A stretch of DNA of 64,000 bases, taken from contig JBHGNT010000009.1 of the NCBI GenBank assembly GCA_043228905.1, positions 186,001-250,000 of the forward strand, written 5' to 3'. Both the position numbers and the translations under genes were made by a program. The notes beneath the pieces were generated by a model that had not been told where the DNA came from, did no database searches, and saw only the letters and a list, made by a program, of their open reading frames with translations. The first letter of the stretch is position 1, and every line of letters starts with the position of its first letter. Below, in pieces: positions 23,664-36,300 of this stretch. The DNA comes from Azolla caroliniana. Taxonomy: Eukaryota; Plantae; Polypodiophyta.

Positions 23664-24227
23664 CGTAGTATGAACCATGCGTACCATTCGTGCATTCGTG
23701 TTCGAGAATGATTCAATCATTCGAGAAGGGTAAACACCCTCGAAGAATGATAAATACCATACTTTTGGTTAAACTATTTACTATAAGATAAATATTTTTT
23801 CAAGGTAAAAAAAATTTTAAAAATTGCAAAAAAAAAAACACATTACCTTCTTAATAATAATATGCATTTTTTCGTAAATTCTAATAACAACTATCCAAAA
23901 TGAAATTTCACAAATTTCTATGATGAAATTTCAGAAATTTTAGCCATGAAATTTCACACATGAAGCCTGAATGTCGTGAGTCATTTAGGGTTTGTTTGCA
24001 CTGTGCACTGTGCAGATCGTTGGAGGCTAGGTGGGAGAGGAGAGGAGAGCGTAACGTTACGTGCAGAGAAGAAGAGGGAAAAAAGAGGGAAAAAACAAAA
24101 AAAATCATGAAAAATATAAAAAAAAACGAAAAAAAACACACACGAACTTTTTGATATCATTCGTGTTCGTTTTCCAACGTAGGAAAACGAATGATAAGCC
24201 TGACGAACACGAATTTTACGTACTATG
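23664..24227. mobile_element. Non-autonomous hAT-type element, 564 bp
   Basis: Perfect 8-bp TSD GTTAAGAT (23656-23663, 24228-24235). Imperfect TIR CGTAGTATGAA vs CATAGTACGTA. Subterminal ATTCGTGTTCG motifs at both ends. Confidence 0.75.
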
Positions 24228-24659
24228 GTTAAGATCATTCGATATAGGCATGCCCTCATCTAGTTTTAACACCTTTCCTCTTGAGGATATGGGCAACAAG
24301 AATGTAAGAATGTGATCTTCATCATTTGAAGAGAATTAAATGGTTCTTCACCGCCGTATTTTAAAGCTGATCTCTCAATTCATGAGGCAACTCATTCAAT
24401 GTTGGATCTATATTTGCATTTCCATCTCCCAATACCATGCCCTTTCTCTTCATCAAACACTGTCCTTCTTTTCTGCCACTGGATACCTTTAGATATTTCA
24501 GGTAGTATTATTTCTTATATTTGTGGCTACTTGTCACAAATTTCTCATTAGCATAAAGGTACTCCATTTTGTGTTTTCCATCATCCAATAAAAGGATAAT
24601 ATAACCTTAATTTCTCCACTGCCAGCATTATGTCATATACACCCAAGTTATACTTCTAT

Positions 24660-26873
24660 TCAGACTTTCCCCAGGGAGGTCATTTCGAACATTTGCACAC
24701 CATGTTTTTGAATCTCAGCATCCTCATAAATGTTTGACAGCAAAATATACGCAGTTGGGTGTGTTGACTGCAAATCTAAAGCATTTCGAAAAGCCTGTTG
24801 TGCTAGGTCTAAATTCATATGAGTTCGGCATGCACCCAACAAGCTCAACCAAACAGTTAAATCAGCCTGCATTGGCATAAAAGCCAACATCTTCTCTACC
24901 TTTCTAAAATCACCTGCACGGCCAAGGAGGTCAACCATGATTCCATAATGCTTTATGTTGGGCGTTATGCCATAGCATGTAATCATGAAATTAAAACATT
25001 TAATTCCTTCACAAACAAGACCAGTTCTACAACAATATGTCAGCATTATTATGAATGATTCTGCAGAAGGCGTGGTGCTTTCCAATTTCAATTCCTCAAA
25101 GAGATTTGGGCTTGCTTTACAATTATCTCCGCCAGTGTGACTAGTGATGTATGCATTCCATGTCACTGTATCAGGCACTCGAAGTTCATTGAAGGTTCTT
25201 ATTGCCTCTATGACACTGGCACAACTCCCATACGAGTGGATAAGCGTGGCAACTACAGACGGCTTCTTATCATAACTCATAGAGACAATTTCAAAATGAA
25301 GTTGCTTGCACAACTCCAAGTTTCCTGTTTCACCACAAGCTTGCAGTACACTGGTGAGAGTGACATCATCTACCATCACAAGCTCTGTCTTCAGCTTATC
25401 ATATAACTTTAAAGCTCTCTCTCCCAAGCCTTGTTTGGCATATGCAGAAAGCATAGTATTCCATGTCACTATATCACGATGGGACAGCATACAAAATAGA
25501 TCCTCTAGTTCTACAATTGTGCCACATTTCCCATACATGGTCACTAAGGCATTAACCATAACAACATCTGCAGTAAACCCTCGTCTACAGGCATCATCGT
25601 GTAATGCCTGGCCAATTTTCAGAGAAATCTCTTTCATTGTATGCTCTTTCTTCACTGAAAGAGAGGCTTCTTTCATATCTGCTAGGATGCCACATGCTTG
25701 AAGGAGAAGCAAAAATGTGAGCTGGTCCGGGCTTTCTCCCTCCTCCTGCAATTTCAAGTACAGCTGCAAAGGCTTCACTGCTTGACCTTGGTCAATGTAA
25801 GCTGAGAGCATCACATTCCAAGTGACCACATCTCGTTCGGACAACCCTACAAACATAGTCTCAGCCTGTTGAACGGTTCCACATTTTCCTGACAAATGCA
25901 CGAGAGTATTGCCCACAAGGATGTCAGACATACACCCCTTTTTTTGAGCATCTGCATGCAAAGCTTGACCAATATCTAGAGAAATTGATCTAACTGACTT
26001 CGATGACATATCTATTGGAACACCTTCCTCCTGGAATCTGAAGGTAGAGGTGTCAGAAACGTTACAAGAAAAGCTAGCACAAGCATGAAGCATAATGGCA
26101 AATGTCCACTGATCTGGAAATATACCTTCTCTTTGCATTTGTATATACAGTTGAAATGCTGTTTCTGGCCTCTCTTGTTGTTCAGTATATATGGAGAGCA
26201 TGACATTCCATGACACAATGTCACGCTGATCCAGGGAAACAAACATGTTCTCAGCTTCTGCAATAGCTCCACATTTTCCATACATACTAACAAGGGTATT
26301 TCCAACAAGAGGGTCACAAGAGAAACCTTGCTTGCAAGCATCCACATGCAATTCCATACCTTGACCAAGGTCAGGTATTGTTGCACAAGCCTTGAAGAGG
26401 CTAACAAAGGTATAATGATTGGGGAATATACCCTCATTACACATACATTTCCACAAGTACAGCGCATCCTCCCCTCGGTCTGAATCTACATAAGAAGAGA
26501 TCAAGGCCGACCATGAGTAGACAGTACGAGACTGTAACGAAATGGCAATTTTGTGTGCATCTTCCGCCGATCCACACCTGGCCAGAGCCACCACTAAGTA
26601 GTCACCCAGTAGGCCTTTCAGCTCCTCCTGAGGGCGACACTTCTCTATATGTTCATGAACTCTCTTGGTTTGATAAAGGGACTTACCTTTGACGCATGCT
26701 TTGAGAAGAGAAATGTAGGTGGTGTCAGAGAGGGGTGAATGCATGCGAAATAACGTGTCCACAGCCATACCAAGTTGATGCCCATCATTGCAGAGGGCTC
26801 GAACATGAAGTTCATTGGCATCGGAACTTGGAACCCACGAGTATTGAGGTGGTCTTCTCACCAAGGTTCCCAT
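24660..26873 (-). CDS. PLS-class pentatricopeptide repeat protein with E1 and a truncated E2 (putative organellar RNA-editing factor), 737 aa, intronless
   Basis: Repeated P-L-S motifs (VGNTLVSMYGKCGAIAEAENMF, RDIVSWNVMLS). C-terminus HYGIMVDLLGRAG...VWLSLLGACRTHMN...AYILLSNIY. No DYW domain. Confidence 0.93.
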   Translation of the reverse strand: MGTLVRRPPQYSWVPSSDANELHVRALCNDGHQLGMAVDTLFRMHSPLSDTTYISLLKACVKGKSLYQTKRVHEHIEKCRPQEELKGLLGDYLVVALARCGSAEDAHKIAISLQSRTVYSWSALISSYVDSDRGEDALYLWKCMCNEGIFPNHYTFVSLFKACATIPDLGQGMELHVDACKQGFSCDPLVGNTLVSMYGKCGAIAEAENMFVSLDQRDIVSWNVMLSIYTEQQERPETAFQLYIQMQREGIFPDQWTFAIMLHACASFSCNVSDTSTFRFQEEGVPIDMSSKSVRSISLDIGQALHADAQKKGCMSDILVGNTLVHLSGKCGTVQQAETMFVGLSERDVVTWNVMLSAYIDQGQAVKPLQLYLKLQEEGESPDQLTFLLLLQACGILADMKEASLSVKKEHTMKEISLKIGQALHDDACRRGFTADVVMVNALVTMYGKCGTIVELEDLFCMLSHRDIVTWNTMLSAYAKQGLGERALKLYDKLKTELVMVDDVTLTSVLQACGETGNLELCKQLHFEIVSMSYDKKPSVVATLIHSYGSCASVIEAIRTFNELRVPDTVTWNAYITSHTGGDNCKASPNLFEELKLESTTPSAESFIIMLTYCCRTGLVCEGIKCFNFMITCYGITPNIKHYGIMVDLLGRAGDFRKVEKMLAFMPMQADLTVWLSLLGACRTHMNLDLAQQAFRNALDLQSTHPTAYILLSNIYEDAEIQKHGVQMFEMTSLGKV

Positions 26874-28952
26874 TATTATGCAGGATGACCCATGAGAGAC
26901 AAGGTCTCGTAAAATGTTTTCCTACCTGATTGGAACCTAAAATTGTGTTTTTTTTTGTGGGCAAGGTGGAGTATAGCTAGCTAGGTCTTACGCCAGTGAC
27001 GCTGAACATTGTACAGGTACATGAAGAAACAGGGCAAAGCTGTCCCTTGAGTTCCATTCGATCAAGAAATGCATAGATTCTTCAGTTGCATAGAAGCTCA
27101 CAATATTGAACAAGGGATCCCATCTCACCTGGCTATGACATAGAACACTGCCTGATGGTTTTAAAATCCGTGAATTAAGAGGGATGGGGCCTGGCAGCAT
27201 TCTTGTTCCACACTGGGCCACCAGAGATGGTGGTGAAGAAAAAGAACGGTGACCACTGGAAGGTCGGAGCTGCGCAGGATAATATAGAAAAGAGTTTGTT
27301 AAGTAACATTATATACAATAAGCCATCAGAAGAAGACACTTAAATTTTCCCTCTAAGCATAGACGAGAACGATTTTAATGCGGAAAAATGGAGAATCTGC
27401 ATTGAAATACATTGAAGAGTGATGCATTGTCAGAGAATAGAAAATACATTATCAGAAAGAGAACACAAGTGAGCAAGATATGGCGAGAAATCAATCAACC
27501 AATGAATCAATCGTAGGAGGACAAGATCTGGGCATGAAAGCTCGAATCACAACTGTAGACTACCCAGGAATAAAAGGAAAACAAAAACGTAAGCAATGCA
27601 GATATGGAAACATCAGATGTCTGATGCTTGAGTTAACAAAGGAAATTCCCGATCGTAAGAAAAGATGAAGAAATCGAGAACTTTGAAAGTACTGCAAGGA
27701 AACAGTATATCAGAAAAAACGTAGAGAAGCTGAAGGACCTGGAGACAACGTCAAAGATATGGCGAAAATCATACCAGAAGAACAAGAATCTGATATGAAA
27801 ACCTAGAACCATACGTGTAAATGACCTAAAGAGCAAAAAGGGAAGCTTTAGTCTCACAGACACGCTGATAATAATTTACCATATATATGAGGCTTCAATT
27901 CAAAGGAAATTTCCGACGTAAGGGAAAATCAGGAATTACAAAAGGATCGCAGCCACCGAATACATCAAGGTAAACTTTCAGAGGAACGCGCAGAGAATAA
28001 ATGGACAAAGCAACAAGAAATTGAAATAGTAGATAATCAGTACCAATTGCACACCAACCCCCCAATCGCATCAAGATCATTTCACAGACCGGTTTAGGCC
28101 TCTTAAGTAGACATTAACATAACTTTCTTTCTCTCTGTTTTTCATGGAAAACGTAAGGCAACACGAGATTTTTCTGACAACGGAACATGTCTAGACTCTA
28201 GAGCTTCTTTCTGGGTCTCTGTTTATAACTCCTTGTCTGTCTTGCCTATGCCCCAAGGCCTTGTAAGTTGTAGCACAAACATAATAGAGGTAATTATACA
28301 ATCCAGGAGTCTCTTAGACCAGAGACACAAAACCGTGTTTGTTTTCTTCCATGGCTGGGTTGTGCGCATACACCTTGCTAGCTCATAGACAAGAGCTTGG
28401 GCCATTCGATTGAGTGCAGAGTAGTATTTGCAGAATAATTAACTCCACTAATGCATGACTACGTATATATTTGTTCTATCATAGCCCATAGGCCAGAGCA
28501 TGGTGCATTTGCAGTCTCCACAATTATGTTACTATTGTAAGTTCATATCAATTTGCTTGATTACAGCTAGTTTACAGTTTATGTGATAACGATAGGAAAA
28601 GAGGGCTATGTTTTTTATGCTATTGAGCACCTTTCTGTTTAGCAGCACAAGTATTGTTTGAAGTTCAGTTTAATTTGATTCCTAGATGTTCATGGAATCT
28701 ATTGAAAAGAATCTTCTTTCTTATTGGAAGTATCAATTTAGAAGTTAAAACCTCCGTTTAGCCATTAAAGTGATTCCATATGCTCATTTTGTGTCATGTT
28801 GTTTTATATGAGGATGGTTGCATGAGCATTTGATATTTTGGAGTTATTTAATGTGGGTTTTTGCCTTATTTGAGGCTATTCACAAGTAATATGGTGTGTG
28901 TTAAGGGAGGAGATGGAAGGAATTTTTGGACTATCTCCCAGGGTAAACAGTA

Positions 28953-31145
28953 TCACTTCCTATTGGAACTCAGTGGAGCTGCAAGATCATATACCTCAGC
29001 ATCCGAATAGATATTTGACATTAGAATATACACAGTGGCCTCCATAGGTTGGAGTGCTATTGCATGGTCAAAAGCTTGTTTTGCCAACTCAAAGTTTCCA
29101 TGTGCCCGACAAGCACCTAGCAAAAACAACCAAACATTCAAATTGTTTGGCATCCTCCTAGCTAACATGTATTCTATCCTATGAAAGTCTCCAGCTCGTG
29201 CAAAAAGGTCAACCAGAATGCTATTGTGTTGCATATCTGGATCGATTCCATTGTCTCTGCTCATGGATTCGAAGTAAAGGATGCCTTCGATAACATGACC
29301 AGTGTGTGTACAAGCTGAAAGAACTGATGTAAATGTTATTTCATCAGGAACAATGCCTTCCAACTTGGAATTTTCAAACATGGACAATGCCCCTGTATAG
29401 TTGGCTTGACCAGAATAACCAACAATGCAGGCATTCCATGAAGCAGTATCTGGCTCAGGGAGATAATGGAAACAAATGTGTGCATCTATCATTCTTGCAC
29501 AATTACCATATGCATAAATTAAAGAAGATACGACAGCAGGAATAGAATCACATTTGACATGAACAATTCCAAAATGAAGTTGTTTACACATTTCACAATT
29601 CTCTGTTTCACCACATGAAAGAAGAATGCAGACGAGTGTGACATCATCCTGGATGACCTTTTCGTCTTGCATTTGTTTATACAAATCCAGCGCTTTTGCT
29701 CCCTCACCTTTTTCAACATATGCTGTGAGCATTGCATTCCAAGACACTAAATCTCGTACAATTATAGCATTAAACACACACTCCGACTCTGACATTGATC
29801 CACACTTAGCATAAGTGCTTATAAGGGTAGTGGCAACATGGATGCTAGTTGAGCATTCCTTCACGTGGGAATCATTGAACATAGCTCTTAAAATATGTAA
29901 GCACTTTTCTTTTGTTAATTTTCCTTCATCTTCATCTTCGGCAAGAATGCCACATGCTTGAAAGACAATTATGTATGTTAATTTCCCTGGCTTTACTCTT
30001 TCTCCTTGCATTTGGGAGTATAAAAGTAAAGCCTTTTTCACAAGACCATGCTCAACATATGCAGATAGCATCGCGTTCCATGTCACAAGATTTCCTTGGG
30101 ACAATCTATAGAAGACATTCTCGGAGTCTGCAATGGTTCCACATTTTCCATAAACACTTACAAGGGCTGTCCCAACAAAGACGTCATTGGCATAGCCCTC
30201 TTTGTGAGCATCGGCATGTAATGCCTTCACTATCTCAAGAGACGGAAAATATACTTGTGTCTCTGCTGTACCTAGATTTTGTTTCTGTTTTGCTAGGATA
30301 CCACAAGCCTGAAGGGCAAACACAAATGCATATTCATCTGGACCCAAGCCTTCCTCTTTCATTTGCCTGTATAATTTCAATACTTTTTGTGCTTCCCCTT
30401 GTTCAATGTACACAGAAAGCATAGTTGTCCATGAAATGATGTTTCTCTGGTATAAACCAGAGAAAACATTCTCTGCCTCTAAGATAGCTCCACAGTTGCC
30501 ATACATATTTACAAGTGCATTGCCGACATGCAGAATACACATGAAGCCTTTCTTACAAGCATGAACATGTACTTGTTTACCAAACTCAAGATCTCGAATG
30601 CTTCCACAAGCTTTGAGAAGACCAACAAAAGTGTAGCTATCTGGTTCGATACCATCCTTTTGCATAGAACAATAAGCTTCAAAAGCATCTTCAGGGTTAC
30701 CATACTCTACATAAGCAGATATCATAGCTGACCAAGAGAATACAGAACGGCAAGGCATCATGCGAAAAGCATTGGAAGCTTCATCAACTGCACCACATTT
30801 TGCGAGTGTCATGACCATGTAGTCGTGCAAAAACTCATTGAGAGGAATCTGGTGATCTGTGATGTGACGATATAGCTTCTTGGCCTCAGGTAGAGCCTTC
30901 CATTTTCCACACGCCTGAAGAAGACATAACAGACGTGCACTGGTCAGTTGAGCACAATAAAGGTCTAAAACGGCCTTTTCAAGTTGGTCTATAGATGCAA
31001 TTTCAAGATCACAATTCTTCTTATCATGATGGCAATCCATTCTAATACCATTTTCTGAATGATATTGCATTAGACTGGTCAGATGGCAGAAAAGGCCACG
31101 TTTCCTTAATCTCTGTAAGGTTAAACAGCTTATCATTCTAAACAT
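28953..31145 (-). CDS. PLS-class pentatricopeptide repeat protein with E1 and a truncated E2, 730 aa, intronless
   Basis: Same architecture as the neighbour (VGNALVNMYGNCGAILEAENVF; VWLFLLGACRAHGN...VYILMSNIY). Arg/Leu-rich N-terminus resembles a mitochondrial presequence. Confidence 0.93.
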   Translation of the reverse strand: MFRMISCLTLQRLRKRGLFCHLTSLMQYHSENGIRMDCHHDKKNCDLEIASIDQLEKAVLDLYCAQLTSARLLCLLQACGKWKALPEAKKLYRHITDHQIPLNEFLHDYMVMTLAKCGAVDEASNAFRMMPCRSVFSWSAMISAYVEYGNPEDAFEAYCSMQKDGIEPDSYTFVGLLKACGSIRDLEFGKQVHVHACKKGFMCILHVGNALVNMYGNCGAILEAENVFSGLYQRNIISWTTMLSVYIEQGEAQKVLKLYRQMKEEGLGPDEYAFVFALQACGILAKQKQNLGTAETQVYFPSLEIVKALHADAHKEGYANDVFVGTALVSVYGKCGTIADSENVFYRLSQGNLVTWNAMLSAYVEHGLVKKALLLYSQMQGERVKPGKLTYIIVFQACGILAEDEDEGKLTKEKCLHILRAMFNDSHVKECSTSIHVATTLISTYAKCGSMSESECVFNAIIVRDLVSWNAMLTAYVEKGEGAKALDLYKQMQDEKVIQDDVTLVCILLSCGETENCEMCKQLHFGIVHVKCDSIPAVVSSLIYAYGNCARMIDAHICFHYLPEPDTASWNACIVGYSGQANYTGALSMFENSKLEGIVPDEITFTSVLSACTHTGHVIEGILYFESMSRDNGIDPDMQHNSILVDLFARAGDFHRIEYMLARRMPNNLNVWLFLLGACRAHGNFELAKQAFDHAIALQPMEATVYILMSNIYSDAEVYDLAAPLSSNRK

Positions 31146-31949
31146 AATGATCCCACTGCATCCATGGAGGATGATGAGAAGGAAGCTTTTCCAGAGTTCT
31201 TAACTGCGCAGAATCTATTACCAGATATGAATTGTTGAATTTGAAGTGCCTTTGAATCTCTCTTACCGCACAGACGAGGCATAGGGAGAAGAAGGTTTTA
31301 GATGGAACAAGACACAAGAAGATACTCTGTTTTCTGAAGAGCTATATATATATATATATTGAATATCATCTTGCACACCTCTGAATGAGTGTTAGTTTGA
31401 GTCAAGATGTCTAAGTGTGGGACAGAACTCAGCAAAGAGATAAATTGGAGCACATATTTGTGCATGCCATCAGTTCAGAAATACAGTGAAAACATAGTTA
31501 TTTCATCAGGTGTTAAGGATTAACATAGTTAGCAAACGGGTAGAACCCATTTTATAGATAATTTATGGTCTTGACTGTTAATACATGTACCTTTGCAATG
31601 TTCAGAGGCAAATTTGAACACATGACCTTCACAAAGGAGAGGAGGATACAAGAAAGAAATACAGTGGGATCACAGTTATGATGTTTCAGAAGTTTGAAAA
31701 AAAAGAGAGTACATCGTCAAGAAAGCTCAAACGCCCACTTGGATCAGAACTCGGGGCAATTTGCATTTCTTCTACTGATGTTCTAAATCCTTGTCTGCTT
31801 AAAAATCTAATTTACATGATTTTTACAGTTGTGATTAAACAGAGCATTACCAATTTCTCTGCCTTCTGTCTTCTTCTTGACTTGTTTATACATGCCTAAT
31901 TAAGGCACCAAAAATAAACAATTTTTTACCATTTCTCTGGTAATATACA

Positions 31950-32856
31950 GTGTGTTCAAGGCTATCAAATAAACAAGAGTTCAGAGAAACAAATAGAGAA
32001 TTGAAAGATAAAGGGAGTGATATACTTACAGTCGGAGACGAAAACAGAAAATAGTTTTCGAGACACAAACACAAGTAATCACACACAGATTTATGTGGAA
32101 AAGCCCCTAAATGCTGGGAAAAAAAACCACGGACCAAAAATTTCACTATGAGACAGGTAATACAAAGCATATAAAAAGATACGACCTGTTTAGGTATGGA
32201 GGTTCTCTAAGGTTGCTGTCTGAAACCACAGTTTCAGCCGAGGTTTCACTCTCTGTTCTTACTTTCTCTCTTGCTCAGTCACACGTTTAGACAGCTTCTT
32301 CACGAATTTTAAAGGACCAATTGGTTGGTCAAGGAACCGACCCGAAGAAAACCTAAGAAGGAATTGGGTTCTTAGGTTTTCGTGGCCACACACGAACAAA
32401 TTATTAGGATTGGAACTTCGGGATTTGGTCGTGAGGAAGCGATCAAAGGATACCCATCTCTACAATCGGACCTTCTCTTAACTTGGGATTTAGCCCCTTT
32501 GACTCGTGATCCGATGAATGACATATCCAAACTTTCAATTTGATTCGGATGGAGATTCTCCTCGTCTCATTCCTTTGTGAAAGAAGTGCCCTCGGCGTAA
32601 AGGTTGAGATCAGCTGAAGTAGAGCGAGAGATATAGACTTGGAGGAAGGCCTCGAGTGAGCGAAAGTGTGTAGTGTAATTTAAAAGTACAAGAAAGCCCA
32701 ATAGTTCAAACTGAAGGAGTAACCTTCATTAGTTCACGAAAAACAAGTGTATCGATGCATGTTCTCTTAAGTGCCCATTGTGTTCACTTCTCCACGGGAT
32801 AGGTATTATCGAACAAAAGCCAAAGATGGGTTGGATTAAGTGGACACCCACCCACA
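31950..32856 (-). mobile_element. Copia-like LTR remnant between the PPR and kinase genes
   Basis: Minus-strand GTGGTTTTTTTTCCC...GGGGCTTTTCCACATAAATCTGTGTG resembles the motif in the LTR at 47219-47786. Candidate TG..CA ends, no TSD found, boundaries uncertain. Confidence 0.55.
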
Positions 32857-33351
32857 TAATTATTGGTCAGAGAGGCCATCTTTAAGACATTCACCGAAAA
32901 TGTTCGCAAAGGGCTAGAAAAACTCAAATCACGGGATGGGGACTTCAGAACACCACTTATAATAAGGTCATCACTTGAGGGGTATATGCAACATGATCGA
33001 GGGCGAATCTACCAAAATGGATCGAACCTTTCGAGCTTTGATCACTTGCATTGTTATAGGCAGATTTGTTGTTTATTATTAGAGGCTTCTAACATGTTTG
33101 TTGTTTATTATTAGATGCATCCCAATCCCAGGGGTAATTTAGCAGAAATAGGAAATATTTATTTCCTTTTTGGGAAGCTAAAGGGTAATGTTGTGAATAT
33201 GCAAAAACTGGAACCGGGACTCTAAACGTGGTCATGGTCCATGGAAGCACAGATCTCTGTCTTTTCTGCTCTTGGTCCGATGGACAGGATGGCATCGTGA
33301 AGACCAAGGTCTTCTTTCTGCCTTCCTTCCTTCCTTCCCCTCCTTCCTCCA

Positions 33352-36300
33352 ATGGGGTGCACATTTTCAGGATTGAATGCTCTGTACGATGTTGTTAATG
33401 GTGGATCCACAGACGTATGGATCAATGAAACGAGGTTTCGAATTGTTCGGACTCTCGGAGAAGGAGGCTTTTCTTCTGTTTACCTTGTTAAAGAGCAGCC
33501 TGGTGGTCGTCCTGGCAAACAGATCACCAATCTCTCCTTCACCAACGGTAAATCAGTTCTTTATTTCATCATCATCTTCTTCTTCTGCACATTTGAATTC
33601 TGTCTGCATCTCACATTCTTTCTTCATGAATCCTCCAGGATTACGAGATCCAACTGTTGTTTGCATTAATTAAAATTGCCAAATCTTTTCGTTTTCGAAT
33701 TCTCCAGGAATAGTGTATCCTTTCTTGTTTTGAATTCTTCAGGGAAAGTCATATGCTTTTCTTGTTTCAAATACTACAGGGAAAACGATATTATGCTTTT
33801 CTTGTTTGAATTCGACATTCTTCTTCACGATTAACAGGATCCTTTTTCTATGGGATTGCCGGATCTTTTATATTGCCAAATTCTTCTCAGGATTAGCACA
33901 TGCTTTCTGGTTGAATCCTTCCTTCACCGTCTCTTAGTTTATTCCTTCCTTTCTTTTCTTCGTGTTTGAATTCTATAGGAAAATATAATTTGTTTTCCCG
34001 CTTGAATTCTACAGATCCTTTCTAGTTGAATTCCAGCTGATAATTTTCATGCTAGGATTAGCAGATCCTTAATTTTTGTAGAATTATTCCACTGGAGAAG
34101 CATACGATTTCGTGTTGAATTTTCCTCCAGGACAAGCAGACCTTTTACTTGTTAGAATTATACAGGATTAAGGCTTATAGCATCCTTTCATTATTGAATT
34201 ATACAGAATTAATGCCTAGAAGATTCTTTCATTGTTGAATAATACGTGATTATGTCTCAGATGATTCTTCTGGTATTGAACTCTCCAAGATAGGAGATCT
34301 CACGAATCTGTTTAAACAATACAATTCTTGTTTATATTGCGATTGACTGCATTCATCCCTGTTATCAAGATTGATACATCTCTTTGCTTCAAAGTAGCTT
34401 AAATTTGTGTATTTAACTTGCCTTTCTCGTCATTTGTTCATCACATTCATAGCTTGAATGCAGATACCTCTAAACTATTTTACAGTTTAGAATAAGAAAC
34501 TTCAGAATTTGAGATATTTGGTAGTGTATCTGATTGATCTGATAAAAACAAACTATGAAGGCATCTCCTCATACTAAAGAGTGTAAAAATTGAGTCCGAA
34601 GCTTAAATTTGTAATATCTGAAAATATGAAATTAGGTTTTCTTATCTTCTGCTTTATTATTCACAACTAGGTATTTCTGATAAAAAATTAAGGTTTGTAT
34701 CATTGTTTTCACAGCTCTGGCATCAGGAATTAGGATTTCTAATCCATAGATTCTGACGTGCAATTAGGGTTCTCTGAATGTGTATCAATTCCAGAAATTG
34801 TGTTTTTGAATATCCTGAATGTATTTAAAGTTCCAGCCAGTTGGGACTCTCTGTTAGGATTGCAATCAAAACATGCCTTTGGCAAATGAAAAATCCATGT
34901 GGAAGGATTCTGAGGCACTTTGATGCATGCAGTGACAATCTAAGGAGAGTGTAGCGTTTGAGAAAGAAACCACCTTATGTGCAGACCAATATTGGGTGCA
35001 TGGGAATTGGAAATATTATTTGTGAGTGTCATAGAATGCAGTGATTCATTGAACATGAGGTTGTTCAAGATACCTTGGAACTTGTTGTAAAGGCATCCCA
35101 ATGAGCAGGTAAACGGATTTTGCATCAAATTTGAAAGGTAGCCTTTGATTAAACAATATATTTCCAAGAATACTGAAAATGGTTCTAGGTTAGTTTTGAC
35201 ATATTCGCCTATAGGACAATGCATTTTTGAACATGGACACCTTTTAGTAAAATTCTAGTTTTTATGCAGGTATAAAATTTGATTGGTTTAGATGAAGGCA
35301 AAGATTTTGGAATTCTGGTTTTTCATTTGGTGAAAGTACACTATACATCTTGTTTCCATGGGCATCAATGTTTTTTGATTGTGGCTGGCTTTTGAAGGAG
35401 GTAAAACATGAAGGATTGCTGCCTATGTATGCTAAGAAAGTCCTGGCAAGAGACATATGTGGCATATGACATGTTCCTATAGCATGAATGGAATGGCAGA
35501 GGGTCACATCCTAACCTTTGGGGACATATTTCAATTGTGCAGTCCAAAATATTTGAGCTTTCTAGAGAATATATACATAACAAGTCTTGACTTAGAGAAT
35601 GCTTATTCCATGATCCTCTGCCATTCTCAACTGACAAGCAGTAGGATTGGTTAAAAATCTCCTGATTACTCAAGCAAACAATCAAACATTTGACAAAAAA
35701 ATTTGCAAAGGTTTTAAAAGGCTATTTTAATTTTAACATTCAAACAATTGGCAAAAAGCTTTGCGAAAGTTCTAAAAAGTGCAATTGTTTTGAGCTGCAA
35801 CAGCATTTTCTTCCACAATATTTTTTGGTTTCCTAGATATGTTTGATTTCTTGATATTGTATCCTGTCCAAAGTCAATTAACTTGTTTTGGGAAATGTAT
35901 ATTATCTAACTCAAATTTTGTTTGCAGCTGTAGACGCTGGGCTATTTGCTGTGAAAAAGGTGGTGATTCAAACAGAGGAGCAGTTAGAGTTGGTGAAACA
36001 GGAGATACATGTGATGTCGCTGTTCAACCATCCAAACTTATTACCTTTAGTAGACCATGCTATAATATCTGTGAAGGTGAGTATGTTTTAAGCTAAAGCA
36101 TTTCAATAGTATACTGAAAAGGATAATGTGAGAATCATTTTGGGCATGAAGTTAGGTGATAAATTTTGTCAACAGCTGTTGTTTTGACACAGGGTTCACA
36201 AGAAGGAACACTATATCGTGAAGCATATCTGCTGTTTCCAGTTTGTTTGGAGGGCACACTACTTGATGTTTTAACAGTAATGCAAACAAAAAAAGAGTTC

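Noticed and set aside
25137-30731. Plus-strand and alternative-frame ORFs overlapping the PPR genes
   Set aside because: Shadow ORFs of long coding sequences with no recognisable motifs.
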